64,000 nucleotides of DNA from Patescibacteria group bacterium (GCA_042577045.1 JBHPEK010000002.1:389-64388); one strand, 5' to 3'. Counted from the stretch's first letter, positions 47,587-56,799 are shown. Numbers and translations are program-made. Notes: a model not told the origin generated them from the letters alone.

Positions 47587-48886
47587 CCATTATTGTTTTC
47601 AAAAACGTAGATAAGTCTAAAACAATAGATCTATTTTTTATGTAGTATAAGTCATACTGCAATTTTTTTATGGCGTCTTCTACAGATGAGCCGTATCGGT
47701 AATTTATTTGCGCCCAACCGGAAGCTCCAGGTTTTACCAAAAGGCGCATTGAATAGTGGGGGATTTTTTCTGTAAGTTGTTGAACAAACTCTGGTCTTTC
47801 TGGGCGTGGACCAATGAAAGATAAATCTCCCATAAGAATGTTTAAGAGTTGTGGAAGTTCATCTAGTCTAGTTCTTCTTAACATTTTTCCTATTTTTGTA
47901 ATTCTTTTGTCTTTTTCTGTGGCCCAAGTTGCTCCATTTTTTTCGGCATTCTGAATCATTGATCTAAATTTTATAATTTCAAAAATCTTTCCGTTTTTAC
48001 CAACTCGTTGGTGTTTATAAAAAACAGGACCCTTGCTGTTGCTTTTTATGGCTATGGCTATTATGGGCGTGAATAATAAAGTAGGAATACCAAGAATGAT
48101 TGCTCCCAGAATATCAAAAAACCTTTTAAGTGTTTCAAACATTTTTTTATCTAGAGTGGAAAGATTTTCCAAAAACCAATTTTCATTGATCATTGATAGC
48201 GGAACTTTTCCTCGAATTATTTCATAAAAGTTTTGAAAATTTACAACGTCAACACCAAGAGGAAGAACTTCGTAAAATTTTTTCATTCCATCTTCAGAGC
48301 GAGTGATACTTTCGGAGGCAACTATCAACTGGATGTTGTGCTCCTTAATTATTTTTTGAAGATTGTTGTTCACAGAAGGAAGGACGGTTGTTGGTTCGTA
48401 GCCAATTTGAGGATTGTTTTTTAAATGATTTGCTAGTTCTTCTACCTCTTTTGATGATCCAAAAAATAAAACTTTTATTTTTGACACCTTCCTGCTAAAA
48501 GACCAAAACAATCTTCTCCAAAGGATGAGGAAGAATGCTACCAAAACAATATCTAAGAATAAGATAGTTTTTGGAGCAATGCCTGTTTGGGGAATAAAAT
48601 AAAAGATAATGGTTGATAGTATTGTGATTATTAGAAGAGCGTTAGCTGTTCTTTTTAAAATTATTTTAAAAGAACCAAATCCTTTTATATCGTAAAGATC
48701 ACTGATATAGAATACAAAAAGCCAGAGAATGTGAATAAATAAAAATGGCACTTGGTGTAAGTCCCAAGTTTCTTTTACTAGCGAAAATCCTGTTCTGATA
48801 CTCAAAGCCAAATAAAGGCTTAAGTAAAACATTATTAAGTCTCCAGCTAGCAGTAAAACTGTTTTGATGCGGTTAGATAAAATCAT
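47561..48886 (-). CDS. Initiating undecaprenyl-phosphate phosphoglycosyl transferase (WcaJ/WbaP family)
   Basis: KRFFDI, KFRSM, LDELPQL.N, GPRPERP, KPG..GWAQ, DLYYI. Confidence 0.92.
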   Translation of the reverse strand: MILSNRIKTVLLLAGDLIMFYLSLYLALSIRTGFSLVKETWDLHQVPFLFIHILWLFVFYISDLYDIKGFGSFKIILKRTANALLIITILSTIIFYFIPQTGIAPKTILFLDIVLVAFFLILWRRLFWSFSRKVSKIKVLFFGSSKEVEELANHLKNNPQIGYEPTTVLPSVNNNLQKIIKEHNIQLIVASESITRSEDGMKKFYEVLPLGVDVVNFQNFYEIIRGKVPLSMINENWFLENLSTLDKKMFETLKRFFDILGAIILGIPTLLFTPIIAIAIKSNSKGPVFYKHQRVGKNGKIFEIIKFRSMIQNAEKNGATWATEKDKRITKIGKMLRRTRLDELPQLLNILMGDLSFIGPRPERPEFVQQLTEKIPHYSMRLLVKPGASGWAQINYRYGSSVEDAIKKLQYDLYYIKNRSIVLDLSTFLKTIMVMLDHSGR

Positions 48887-48934
48887 AATATATTGCTAAA
48901 ACCTGCAATTATATGCTAGTTTAATAATTATAAC

Positions 48935-51115
48935 ATGTCTAGTAGATCAATAAGTTATATAGTTTATGCAATTAAAGCGGGCCTTTTTATTTTACCCCTG
49001 CTTTGTCTGATTGTCGTCGAGTCTTTATTTTTTCCTTTTATTACTGGAAAAAATTTCTTTTTTAGAATAATTGTTGAGATTCTATTACTTTTGTGGGTGT
49101 TTGTGATGGTTTTTGATTCCAAATATAGGCCACGAATAAGTCCAATTCTTATTTCTCTTTCTGCCGTCTTGTTGTTTTTGAGTTTGGCTACAATTTTTGG
49201 AGAGAGTCCTTATCGTAGTTTCTGGTCTAATTATGAAAGAATGGAAGGTCTAGTAAGCCATGTTCATCTTTTTTTGTATTTTCTAATCTTAACTAGTATT
49301 TTTCAAAGCCAAAAAGAATGGAAGCAGTTTTTTGGTGTTGTTTTGGGTGCCAATGTTCTTCTTGTTGGCTATGGTTTTTTACAGCTTGCTGGTAAAGCAG
49401 CTATCCATCAGAGTGGTACCCGGCTTGATGCTAGCTTTGGGAATTCTGGATACCTCGCAATTTATCTAATTTTTGGTATTTTCGTTACAGCCCTGTTTTT
49501 GTATTGGTTCAAAAATTTTTGGCTTCGGCTTGGTTTGGCCACCCTGCTTATTTTAGAGGCCTTAATTGTTTTCTTTACAGCTACTAGAGGTGCCATTCTG
49601 GGTCTTTTTGGTGGCTTGATACTTTTCTCTGTCTTGATGTCCATTTTTTCAAAAAATAAACCAATGCGCGTTACTGCTTTAGCACTTTTAACATTCTTGG
49701 TTATTATTTTGTCTTTGTTTTTTGTGTTCAGGAATGCTCAATTTATGAGCAACAATTATGTGCTTGCCCGATTATCAACAATGACAGTAGAGGAAACTAC
49801 TATACAATCTAGGCTTACTATTTGGGGAATGTCTTGGGAGGGCTTTAAAGAACACCCTATTCTTGGTTGGGGGCCCGAGAATTACAATTTAGTTTTCAAT
49901 AAATATTATAAACCCGAATTGTTTAGGCAAGAGCCTTGGTTTGATCGGTCTCACAATATAGTTTTTGACTGGTTGATAAGTTCAGGTATCTTGGGATTTC
50001 TTGCTTATATAAGTATTTTCACGTCTACTTTTTATATGATTTGGCGCAAGAAGTTTGATTTGTTTCAAACCTCTCTAATTGTTTCACTTTTTGCAGCCTA
50101 TCTTTTCCATAATCTTTTTGTTTTTGACAATCTAACTTCTTATTTTATGTTCTTTTCTGTTTTGGGATATATTCATACCTCATCGTTTGAAAAAGAAAAA
50201 GAGTCTGTGAACAAGAAAGATATTCCATTTTCTAGTTATTTTGTTGTTACCTTTGTGTTTTGTTTGGTTGTTTTTTCCTTATATTTTGTAAACGCCAAAC
50301 CAATTATGGCTGCCAACAGTCTTTTAAGAACTCTTATTCTACAAAGACAACCTGTATCTGCTGGTGTTGTTGTAGATAAATACGACGAGGTTTTTTCTTT
50401 TCGTACTTTTGGTAGCGGAGAGGCTAGAGAGCAACTGAGTGGCTTTGCCAATAACGTTGTGGTCGCGCAAGACGTTTCTGTGGAAGATAAAAATCTGATT
50501 CTTGGAAAAGCTATTGAGCAGATGGAGTTGCAAGTAGAAGCATTTCCGAAACAAACAAGATATAGAGTTTTTTTAGGAGCTTTGTATTCTAGAGGAATGT
50601 TAATTGATGAATCTTTAAAAATGCTTCTTTCTGCTTTAGAACTTTCACCAAACAAACAACATATTTCGTTTGCTGTTGCCGATGCTTATTTGTCTTACGG
50701 GCAAAAAGAAAAAGCTTTAGAAATCTTACAGAAAACCTATGAATTAAGTCCTGTGTATAGCGAGGCCGCCAAAAACTATGTAATGGTATCTATTATTGTA
50801 AATTTAGATAATGCTCAAGTTCTTTTAAACCAAATGATGAAGATTTTTGGTGAAGACTTTAGATATGACAAAAAATTTATTTCCGCTTATGCCCAAGTGG
50901 GTGAATATGGAAAAGTAAAAGAAATATGGGAGTATCAGATTAAATTAAATCCTGAAAATTTGCAGTATTATCTGAATTTAGCTGCTACGCAAGTGGAGTT
51001 GGGTGAGCGAGAGGGGGCGATAAAGCAAATAGAATATATAATTAGTGTTCAGCCAAACTTTAAAGAACAAGGAGGGCAAATTATAAGAGACATCCGTGCT
51101 GGGAAGACTTTTTAA
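48935..51115 (+). CDS. O-antigen ligase (Wzy_C) family protein with C-terminal TPRs
   Basis: TATRGA, RL.IW, P.LGWG, SHN motifs; TPR-like tail. Confidence 0.85.
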   Translation: MSSRSISYIVYAIKAGLFILPLLCLIVVESLFFPFITGKNFFFRIIVEILLLLWVFVMVFDSKYRPRISPILISLSAVLLFLSLATIFGESPYRSFWSNYERMEGLVSHVHLFLYFLILTSIFQSQKEWKQFFGVVLGANVLLVGYGFLQLAGKAAIHQSGTRLDASFGNSGYLAIYLIFGIFVTALFLYWFKNFWLRLGLATLLILEALIVFFTATRGAILGLFGGLILFSVLMSIFSKNKPMRVTALALLTFLVIILSLFFVFRNAQFMSNNYVLARLSTMTVEETTIQSRLTIWGMSWEGFKEHPILGWGPENYNLVFNKYYKPELFRQEPWFDRSHNIVFDWLISSGILGFLAYISIFTSTFYMIWRKKFDLFQTSLIVSLFAAYLFHNLFVFDNLTSYFMFFSVLGYIHTSSFEKEKESVNKKDIPFSSYFVVTFVFCLVVFSLYFVNAKPIMAANSLLRTLILQRQPVSAGVVVDKYDEVFSFRTFGSGEAREQLSGFANNVVVAQDVSVEDKNLILGKAIEQMELQVEAFPKQTRYRVFLGALYSRGMLIDESLKMLLSALELSPNKQHISFAVADAYLSYGQKEKALEILQKTYELSPVYSEAAKNYVMVSIIVNLDNAQVLLNQMMKIFGEDFRYDKKFISAYAQVGEYGKVKEIWEYQIKLNPENLQYYLNLAATQVELGEREGAIKQIEYIISVQPNFKEQGGQIIRDIRAGKTF

Positions 51116-51173
51116 TTTTGTCTGATACAAATGTCCATTATATTGACTTGCTAGTAAGGCGAGTTTTTTATTG

Positions 51174-51182
51174 TTATCCACA
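51174..51182 (+). promoter_or_regulatory. Consensus DnaA box
   Basis: TTATCCACA in the intergenic region. Confidence 0.5.
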
Positions 51183-51323
51183 GTTTTTTTGTTTTTGTTT
51201 TTTACTTAATTTTTAAAAGGTTTAAACTATAAACAAGGGTTTATGAACTCAACATTGTTGTGTTACAAAATCTTTTTATAAAAAAGTCGAAAACGTTATA
51301 AATTATTAGTAATTATTAGGTTT

Positions 51324-52727
51324 ATGAAAAAATTTTATAAGAGCAATAATTTTTTAAGTATTGTTGCTTCTATGTTAGTTTCGGTTCTTTTTGTCGCTGC
51401 CTCTGTTCAAGGTGCGACGACTATTAGTACCAACATAGAAACTGCGGGCACTCTTTCTGTAACAAGTACCAGTGCTTTAACTGGTGCGGTTACTATAACT
51501 GGCGATATCATTGCTGATACAGATACTCTATATGTTGATGTTTCTGCAGATAGGGTTGGTGTTGGTACAACAACTCCGTCAGCTATGTTTTCTGTTGGTG
51601 AAGGTACTGGTACTGTAACTGGAGATGCTTACTTTACGGGCGGATTAACAATTGGTGCCGAGGCTGCCATTAACGGCGTAGATGGAACCATTGTCTTCTC
51701 GGGAAAAGCCGCGGACCCTACAGGCGCGGCTGGAATGGTTTATTATGATTCCACAAACAAGTCGCTTAAGCTTCACGATGGAGAGTTCTGGTTTACAGTT
51801 GGTACCACGACTACTGGAATTCAGTTGAGCGCTCCACGAGTTTCTTTGGGCGACTTAACCACACAATATATGACGATTGGTACTACTACGCAAGAAGGTC
51901 TCTCAATTTTGACCTTGTCGGCTACAACAACCACTTCTATCCCACTGTCCATTATGGGTGAAGAAAGTTCAACAGCTAACTACATGCAAATTATCGATTC
52001 TGAAGCGGCTGAAATATTTGCTATTGATAACAATGCAAATGCCTCAACTACTGGAATATGGGCTTTTACTGGTGATGTTTGGTTTAATGGATATGCAACC
52101 ACAACTATCGCCAATGGTAATTTTGCCACAGATGGATCACTAACTGTTGGTGAAGATGATGAAGGCACAGATGTAACATTTTACACGGATACTGCCGGGG
52201 AAGAACTTTTGTGGGACGCTTCTGCAAATGCACTTCTTTTCGATGGCATGGCCACAACAACTGTAACCACAGGAAATATTGAAACTGAAGGAACTGTGAC
52301 TGCTGCAAGTCTTGCTACTCTCGGCGGTGGACAATTAAGAAGTTATGCAAATTCTACCTCAACTACAGATACCACATATACTCTTATAGAAGCAGATTTG
52401 CTTAACTATGACACCATGATAATGGTTCTTAATGTGGATTCAGCGACATTTACGCTTCCAGCAACATCAACTTTAACTTCTATGGTTCCTACAACTGGTG
52501 ACATGCAAGAACTTTGTATTCACAACGCTACTACCACAGATGGAATTGATTTAACTTTTGCTGCTGGTGCAGGAATAGACTTGGAGACATCTTCAAGTAC
52601 ACCTGTTGATTTGACAATTGAGGATGGTGCTTTTGGTTGTTTCAAATTTATTAGACAATTAGACAGAGCTGGTGGTGGTGGCGGTGATGTATCAGTCTTA
52701 TTAACAATTTTTAACGACGCTGACTAG
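51324..52727 (+). CDS. Secreted Thr/Ser-rich acidic surface protein (beta-rich fibre-like)
   Basis: Signal peptide; repeated ATTT/GTTT and VGVGTTTP motifs. Confidence 0.65.
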   Translation: MKKFYKSNNFLSIVASMLVSVLFVAASVQGATTISTNIETAGTLSVTSTSALTGAVTITGDIIADTDTLYVDVSADRVGVGTTTPSAMFSVGEGTGTVTGDAYFTGGLTIGAEAAINGVDGTIVFSGKAADPTGAAGMVYYDSTNKSLKLHDGEFWFTVGTTTTGIQLSAPRVSLGDLTTQYMTIGTTTQEGLSILTLSATTTTSIPLSIMGEESSTANYMQIIDSEAAEIFAIDNNANASTTGIWAFTGDVWFNGYATTTIANGNFATDGSLTVGEDDEGTDVTFYTDTAGEELLWDASANALLFDGMATTTVTTGNIETEGTVTAASLATLGGGQLRSYANSTSTTDTTYTLIEADLLNYDTMIMVLNVDSATFTLPATSTLTSMVPTTGDMQELCIHNATTTDGIDLTFAAGAGIDLETSSSTPVDLTIEDGAFGCFKFIRQLDRAGGGGGDVSVLLTIFNDAD

Positions 52728-52751
52728 ATTAATTTAATTTCTTTATAAATT

Positions 52752-54029
52752 ATGAAAATTTATTTAACAATTTTTCTGTCGCTTCTACTTGCTCCTTTTG
52801 CTGTCTTTGCTGCTAGTACAGATGTGTTGATGTCGGCGTCCTCTATCATTAGTGTCGGTGGGTATAGTTTGGTGGTAAGTGGTACTGCCAGTTTTGATTC
52901 TATTACTGTTTCAGCCAGCTCTTTTTCACTAAGTTTGTCAGAAGGTGCGGAATTGATTATAACTTCTACAGATAGAAGGAGTTATACAGTTTCCCCTGCT
53001 GAATATAAAAAGAGTTTTTCTTGTGGAACTTCTCAGTCTATAATGACAGTGAAAAATGATATTTGGGCTGGACCTCAAACAGTGACGATAACTCCAACTA
53101 CTGTTGCTTGTGTGGGAAGTGGTGGTGGTGGTTCGGTTTCTAGCGGGGGTGGTGGCGGCGGTGGTGGATCTGTTCCAACACCAGTATATACTGTTATCCC
53201 TGGAACCGACCCTATACCCACTACAGCATCCACACCAGCGGTAACTTCTACTCAAGCTTTGACTTCTGTCTCAGCAATGTTTACAAAAACAATGAGGTTG
53301 GGACAATCTAGTGCCGACATTAAACGCTTACAGCAACTTCTAAACTCAGACTCAGATACGCAAATTGCGTCTTCTGGAGTTGGTTCTCCGGGAAATGAGA
53401 CCGAGTACTTTGGTTCATTGACTAGAGTTGCCCTTAAGAAATTCCAAGCAAAATATGGTATAGTTTCTTCTGGAAGTGAAGATACAACTGGATATGGTTT
53501 GGTTGGTCCGTCAACTAGGGCTAAATTAGCAGAAGTGTTTGCGAATGCTCCAGCCTCGCCGAGTCTAGGCGGGCAGACAACAGCACCAAGTATTGCTCAG
53601 CCATCGGCTGTAGCTGTAGGTGTTTCCCCTGTGTTTAGTTCTGGTATGGCAAAAGGAGAGTCAAATTCTAGTATTAAGCGCTTACAGCAACTTCTAAACT
53701 CTGACCCAGATACGCAAATTGCATCTTCCGGTGTTGGTTCACCAGGAAGTGAGACCAATTATTACGGCTCACTAACTGAAAAAGCTGTTCAGAAATTCCA
53801 AATGAAATATGGAATTGTCAGTTCAGCAAGTGATGCTGGTTATGGATATGTTGGACCAAAGACACGCGCTAAAATACAAGAGGTGTTTAGTGCTAGTGCT
53901 ACTCCAGCTACTCCAGCAACCCCTGCGACTCCTGCAGCTTCAGTAACCCAAACAGAGATAGAAGCACAAATTCAGACATTGTTACAACAACTAGAAGCAA
54001 TGCAGGCAGAGTTGAACGCTATGCAATAA
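52752..54029 (+). CDS. Secreted protein with two peptidoglycan-binding domains
   Basis: Signal peptide; poly-Gly linker; duplicated IKRLQQLLNSD.DTQIASSGVGSPG.ET.Y.GSLT...FQ.KYGI...VGP.TRAK; TPA repeats. Confidence 0.85.
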   Translation: MKIYLTIFLSLLLAPFAVFAASTDVLMSASSIISVGGYSLVVSGTASFDSITVSASSFSLSLSEGAELIITSTDRRSYTVSPAEYKKSFSCGTSQSIMTVKNDIWAGPQTVTITPTTVACVGSGGGGSVSSGGGGGGGGSVPTPVYTVIPGTDPIPTTASTPAVTSTQALTSVSAMFTKTMRLGQSSADIKRLQQLLNSDSDTQIASSGVGSPGNETEYFGSLTRVALKKFQAKYGIVSSGSEDTTGYGLVGPSTRAKLAEVFANAPASPSLGGQTTAPSIAQPSAVAVGVSPVFSSGMAKGESNSSIKRLQQLLNSDPDTQIASSGVGSPGSETNYYGSLTEKAVQKFQMKYGIVSSASDAGYGYVGPKTRAKIQEVFSASATPATPATPATPAASVTQTEIEAQIQTLLQQLEAMQAELNAMQ

Positions 54030-54053
54030 GAACGACAGGAATTTTCAGATATC

Positions 54054-54096
54054 AACAGCCCTACCCAGCCTAATGATTGGGTGGGGTTGTTTTTTT
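54054..54096 (+). terminator. Intrinsic terminator
   Basis: AACAGCCCTACCCA...TGGGTGGGGTTGTT followed by T tract. Confidence 0.75.
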
Positions 54097-54240
54097 ATTT
54101 AAAGTATGTTATATATATAAATATGTGAGTGTTTTGTATTTGCGGAACCACTCTATGTCTGCATAAAATCCCTATTTCGGTAGGGATTTTATGTTTCTAA
54201 AGCAACTTGTTGATTAAATATATTGTTGTATAATTAAAGT

Positions 54241-54345
54241 ATGGTTTACCAGCGTTTTGGTGGCTGGAGAGTATTTGGCACTCACATAAAGACATAGTCA
54301 TGAGGTTTAGCCTTCTCCAGCCTCTAAAGCGCTGATGAACACTTT
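54241..54345 (+). ncRNA. Putative structured RNA or leader (long rod)
   Basis: TATAAT at 54229; 27-bp stem 54244-54270/54314-54340 with G-U pairs. Confidence 0.45.
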
Positions 54346-54369
54346 AGTGGTTTATTTTTTTATAAAATT

Positions 54370-55122
54370 ATGAAAAGGATAATTTTTGTCTCGTTGGTTC
54401 TTATTTTGAGTACTAGTTTTGTGTTTGCCCAAAACGACGTTTCTTTAGATGAGATTACTCCAGAAGACTTGGGTGTCATTGACCCAAAACTTTTACCAGA
54501 TAGTCCTTTATATTTTTTAAAAGAGTGGGGAAGAGGTTTGGGAAATTTTCTTACTTTTAATCCTGTAAAAAAAGTAGAGAGGCAATTAAGACATGCTAAT
54601 GAAAAACTCATTGAAGCTCGAAAACTAGCTGAGAAGAAAGAAAATGAAGAAATAGCTACTCGTGCTATGGAAAATTACCAGAATATCATTGGAAAAGTGG
54701 AGGGCAGAATAGAACAAATAAGGGAAAGAGAAAAAAATAATCCGAAATTTCAAAAATTAGTTGATAAGTTTTCCGAAGACAGTTTAAAGCATCGTCGGCT
54801 AACTGCCATCATTAGAAACAAATTTAATAAAGAAGAAAAACAAGGAGAAACGCAAATTGCTAACCCGGCATCTGTTTATTGCGAAGAGCAGGGTGGGAAG
54901 TTGCGTATGGAACAGACCGATAAAGGAACGCATGGTATTTGTGTTTTGCAAAATGGCACAGAGTGTGAAGAGTGGTTATTTTTTAGAAAACAATGCGGAG
55001 GGAATCTTATAAAAGAAAAGGAAATAATTAAAGAAAAAAAGAAACCTACTCAAAACACAAATAGATCTCTTTTAAAAATTTTTCAACCAATTACAAATAC
55101 AATCTCTCCGAAAAATAACTAA
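54370..55122 (+). CDS. Secreted DUF5667 + DUF333 domain protein
   Basis: LLPDSPLYFLKEW...TF (DUF5667); IANPASVYCEEQGG...C.L..G..CEEW (DUF333). Confidence 0.8.
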   Translation: MKRIIFVSLVLILSTSFVFAQNDVSLDEITPEDLGVIDPKLLPDSPLYFLKEWGRGLGNFLTFNPVKKVERQLRHANEKLIEARKLAEKKENEEIATRAMENYQNIIGKVEGRIEQIREREKNNPKFQKLVDKFSEDSLKHRRLTAIIRNKFNKEEKQGETQIANPASVYCEEQGGKLRMEQTDKGTHGICVLQNGTECEEWLFFRKQCGGNLIKEKEIIKEKKKPTQNTNRSLLKIFQPITNTISPKNN

Positions 55123-56096
55123 TGGTAAATATTCAAAAAAATGTTTTGTTGGCTCCATATACGACTTTTAAAATAGGCGGACCTGCTAAATATTTTGTTG
55201 AAGCAAAAAGTATTGAAGAAGTACAAGAGTTTTGTGTTTTTGCTAAAGAAAAAGAATTACCTATTTTCATTTTGGGTGGAGGCTCCAATGTTTTAATATC
55301 TGACCAAGGTTTTAAGGGGTTAGTGATTAAAATAAAGGATTCTGAAAACAAAGAATCAAATTTTCGGTTTGGTGGCAATGGTCATGGAGTTAAACTACTT
55401 GAGGTTTGGGTGGGAACGCCACTTTCCAAACTAGTTGCCAACACAACAAATACCGGACTTTCTGGGCTGGAGTGGGCTATAGGGATTCCCGGAACAGTGG
55501 GGGGTGCAATTTGTGGGAATACAGGAGCTTTTGGGAAAGAAATGGCCGATTCCATTCAGTCGGTCAAGGTCTTTAATCATCAAGATGCTTCCATTTCTGA
55601 TTTTAAAAAAGAAAACTGCGACTTCTCTTATCGAGATTCTATCTTTAAGCAGGGCGACAATTTAACAATTATTGGAGCGACTCTTACTTTCAAAAAAGAT
55701 GCGCCAGAATTGATTCAAGAAAGACTCAGAAAAAATATTAAACAGCGAACAGAATCTTTTGCTCATAATTACAAGTGCGCAGGGTGCTTTTTTAAAAATA
55801 TTGAATGGAAGAGAAGAGGCATAAACAAAGAAGATGTTCTTAAGAGATTTCCAGAACTAGGGCAGTTTGCTGATAGGTCAAAAATCTCGGCTGGTTTTTT
55901 GATTGAATCGGTTGGCCTAAGAGGAAAAAAGATTGATGATGTAGTTGTCTCTGAAGAGCATGCTAATTTTATTTTAAATTTAGGAAATGCCAATGCCGAA
56001 CAAATTTTAATGCTTTCAGGATTAGTAAAAGACAGAGTTTACTCCAAGTATGGCTTTAGTTTAGAAGAAGAAGTTAATCTAATAGGATTTGACTAA
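55122..56096 (+). CDS. murB: UDP-N-acetylenolpyruvoylglucosamine reductase
   Basis: TTFKIGGPA, GGGSNVL, GIPGTVGG, YRDS, AGCFFKN, HANFI. Confidence 0.95.
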   Translation: MVNIQKNVLLAPYTTFKIGGPAKYFVEAKSIEEVQEFCVFAKEKELPIFILGGGSNVLISDQGFKGLVIKIKDSENKESNFRFGGNGHGVKLLEVWVGTPLSKLVANTTNTGLSGLEWAIGIPGTVGGAICGNTGAFGKEMADSIQSVKVFNHQDASISDFKKENCDFSYRDSIFKQGDNLTIIGATLTFKKDAPELIQERLRKNIKQRTESFAHNYKCAGCFFKNIEWKRRGINKEDVLKRFPELGQFADRSKISAGFLIESVGLRGKKIDDVVVSEEHANFILNLGNANAEQILMLSGLVKDRVYSKYGFSLEEEVNLIGFD

Positions 56097-56112
56097 AATC
56101 AAATCCTATTAG

Positions 56113-56588
56113 AAATTCGAAGCACGAAATTCGAAATAACAAACAAATTCAAATGATCAAAATTCAAAATACAAAACAATACGATTTAGAAGAACGTACT
56201 TTAGAATTTGCTAAACGAGTGCGCGTTTTTGTTAAAAAACTCCCTAAAATAACAGCAAATTTCGAAGACGGAAAACAAGTTATTAGATCTTCGGGTTCAA
56301 TGGGTGCTAATTATATTGAAGCAAACGAGGCTTTGAGCAAGAAAGATTTCTCTATGAGAATTAAAATTTCAAGAAAAGAATCAAAAGAAACTATTTATTG
56401 GTTATCGTTGATAGATGTTGGCGGAAATCAAGAATTAGAAAAAGAACGACAAGAACTTCTAAAGGAGGCTACAGAATTAATGAAAATATTTAGTGCAATA
56501 ATGAGAAAGTCAACATAGTCGATGTTTAGAACATTATAATTTATGATTTAGATATTGTTTCGAATTTCGATATTCGGATTTCGGATTT
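56113..56588. repeat. 66-bp imperfect inverted repeats made of heptads flanking the four-helix-bundle gene
   Basis: 56113-56178 versus the reverse complement of 56523-56588: about 42/66 ungapped identities by hand count; AAATYCG-like 7-nt period. Confidence 0.75.
56153..56518 (+). CDS. Four helix bundle protein (23S rRNA IVS protein/TIGR02436 family)
   Basis: DLEERT, QVIRSSGSMGANYIEA, SKKDF, KESKET.YWL. Confidence 0.9.
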   Translation: MIKIQNTKQYDLEERTLEFAKRVRVFVKKLPKITANFEDGKQVIRSSGSMGANYIEANEALSKKDFSMRIKISRKESKETIYWLSLIDVGGNQELEKERQELLKEATELMKIFSAIMRKST

Positions 56589-56628
56589 TCTTCTTAAAAA
56601 ATTATTAGTTAACAATTTTTTAAGAATG

Positions 56629-56637
56629 TTATCCACA
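56629..56637 (+). promoter_or_regulatory. Consensus DnaA box
   Basis: TTATCCACA upstream of the histone-like gene. Confidence 0.5.
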
Positions 56638-56799
56638 TTTTTTTATTTCTTTTGTTTCTTTTTATTCAAAATTTATTTAAAATTAATATAGGAATGCAGA
56701 AAATTTTTTAATTTTTTCTTTTAAAATTTTTTAGCACCCTGCATTTCTGAAGCAAATATTTGGCGGTCGATGTTTGTTATTTTAAAAACGTAAATAAAA

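Noticed and set aside
51249-51259. TCAACATTGTT shared with the 37-bp repeat
   Set aside because: Only 11 bp in AT-rich DNA, without the hairpin arms; could be chance.
53319-53880. ~200-bp internal direct repeat
   Set aside because: Explained by the duplicated peptidoglycan-binding domain.
54241-54345. SRP (4.5S) RNA call for the long hairpin
   Set aside because: It lacks the conserved helix-8 motif (CAGG...GNRA...AGCAG), so it is left as an unknown RNA.
56153-56518. Diversity-generating retroelement from the Avd-like fold
   Set aside because: No reverse transcriptase and no template/variable repeat pair with adenine-specific mismatches were seen.
51174-56637. oriC from DnaA boxes
   Set aside because: Only isolated single boxes, with no cluster and no dnaA/dnaN nearby.
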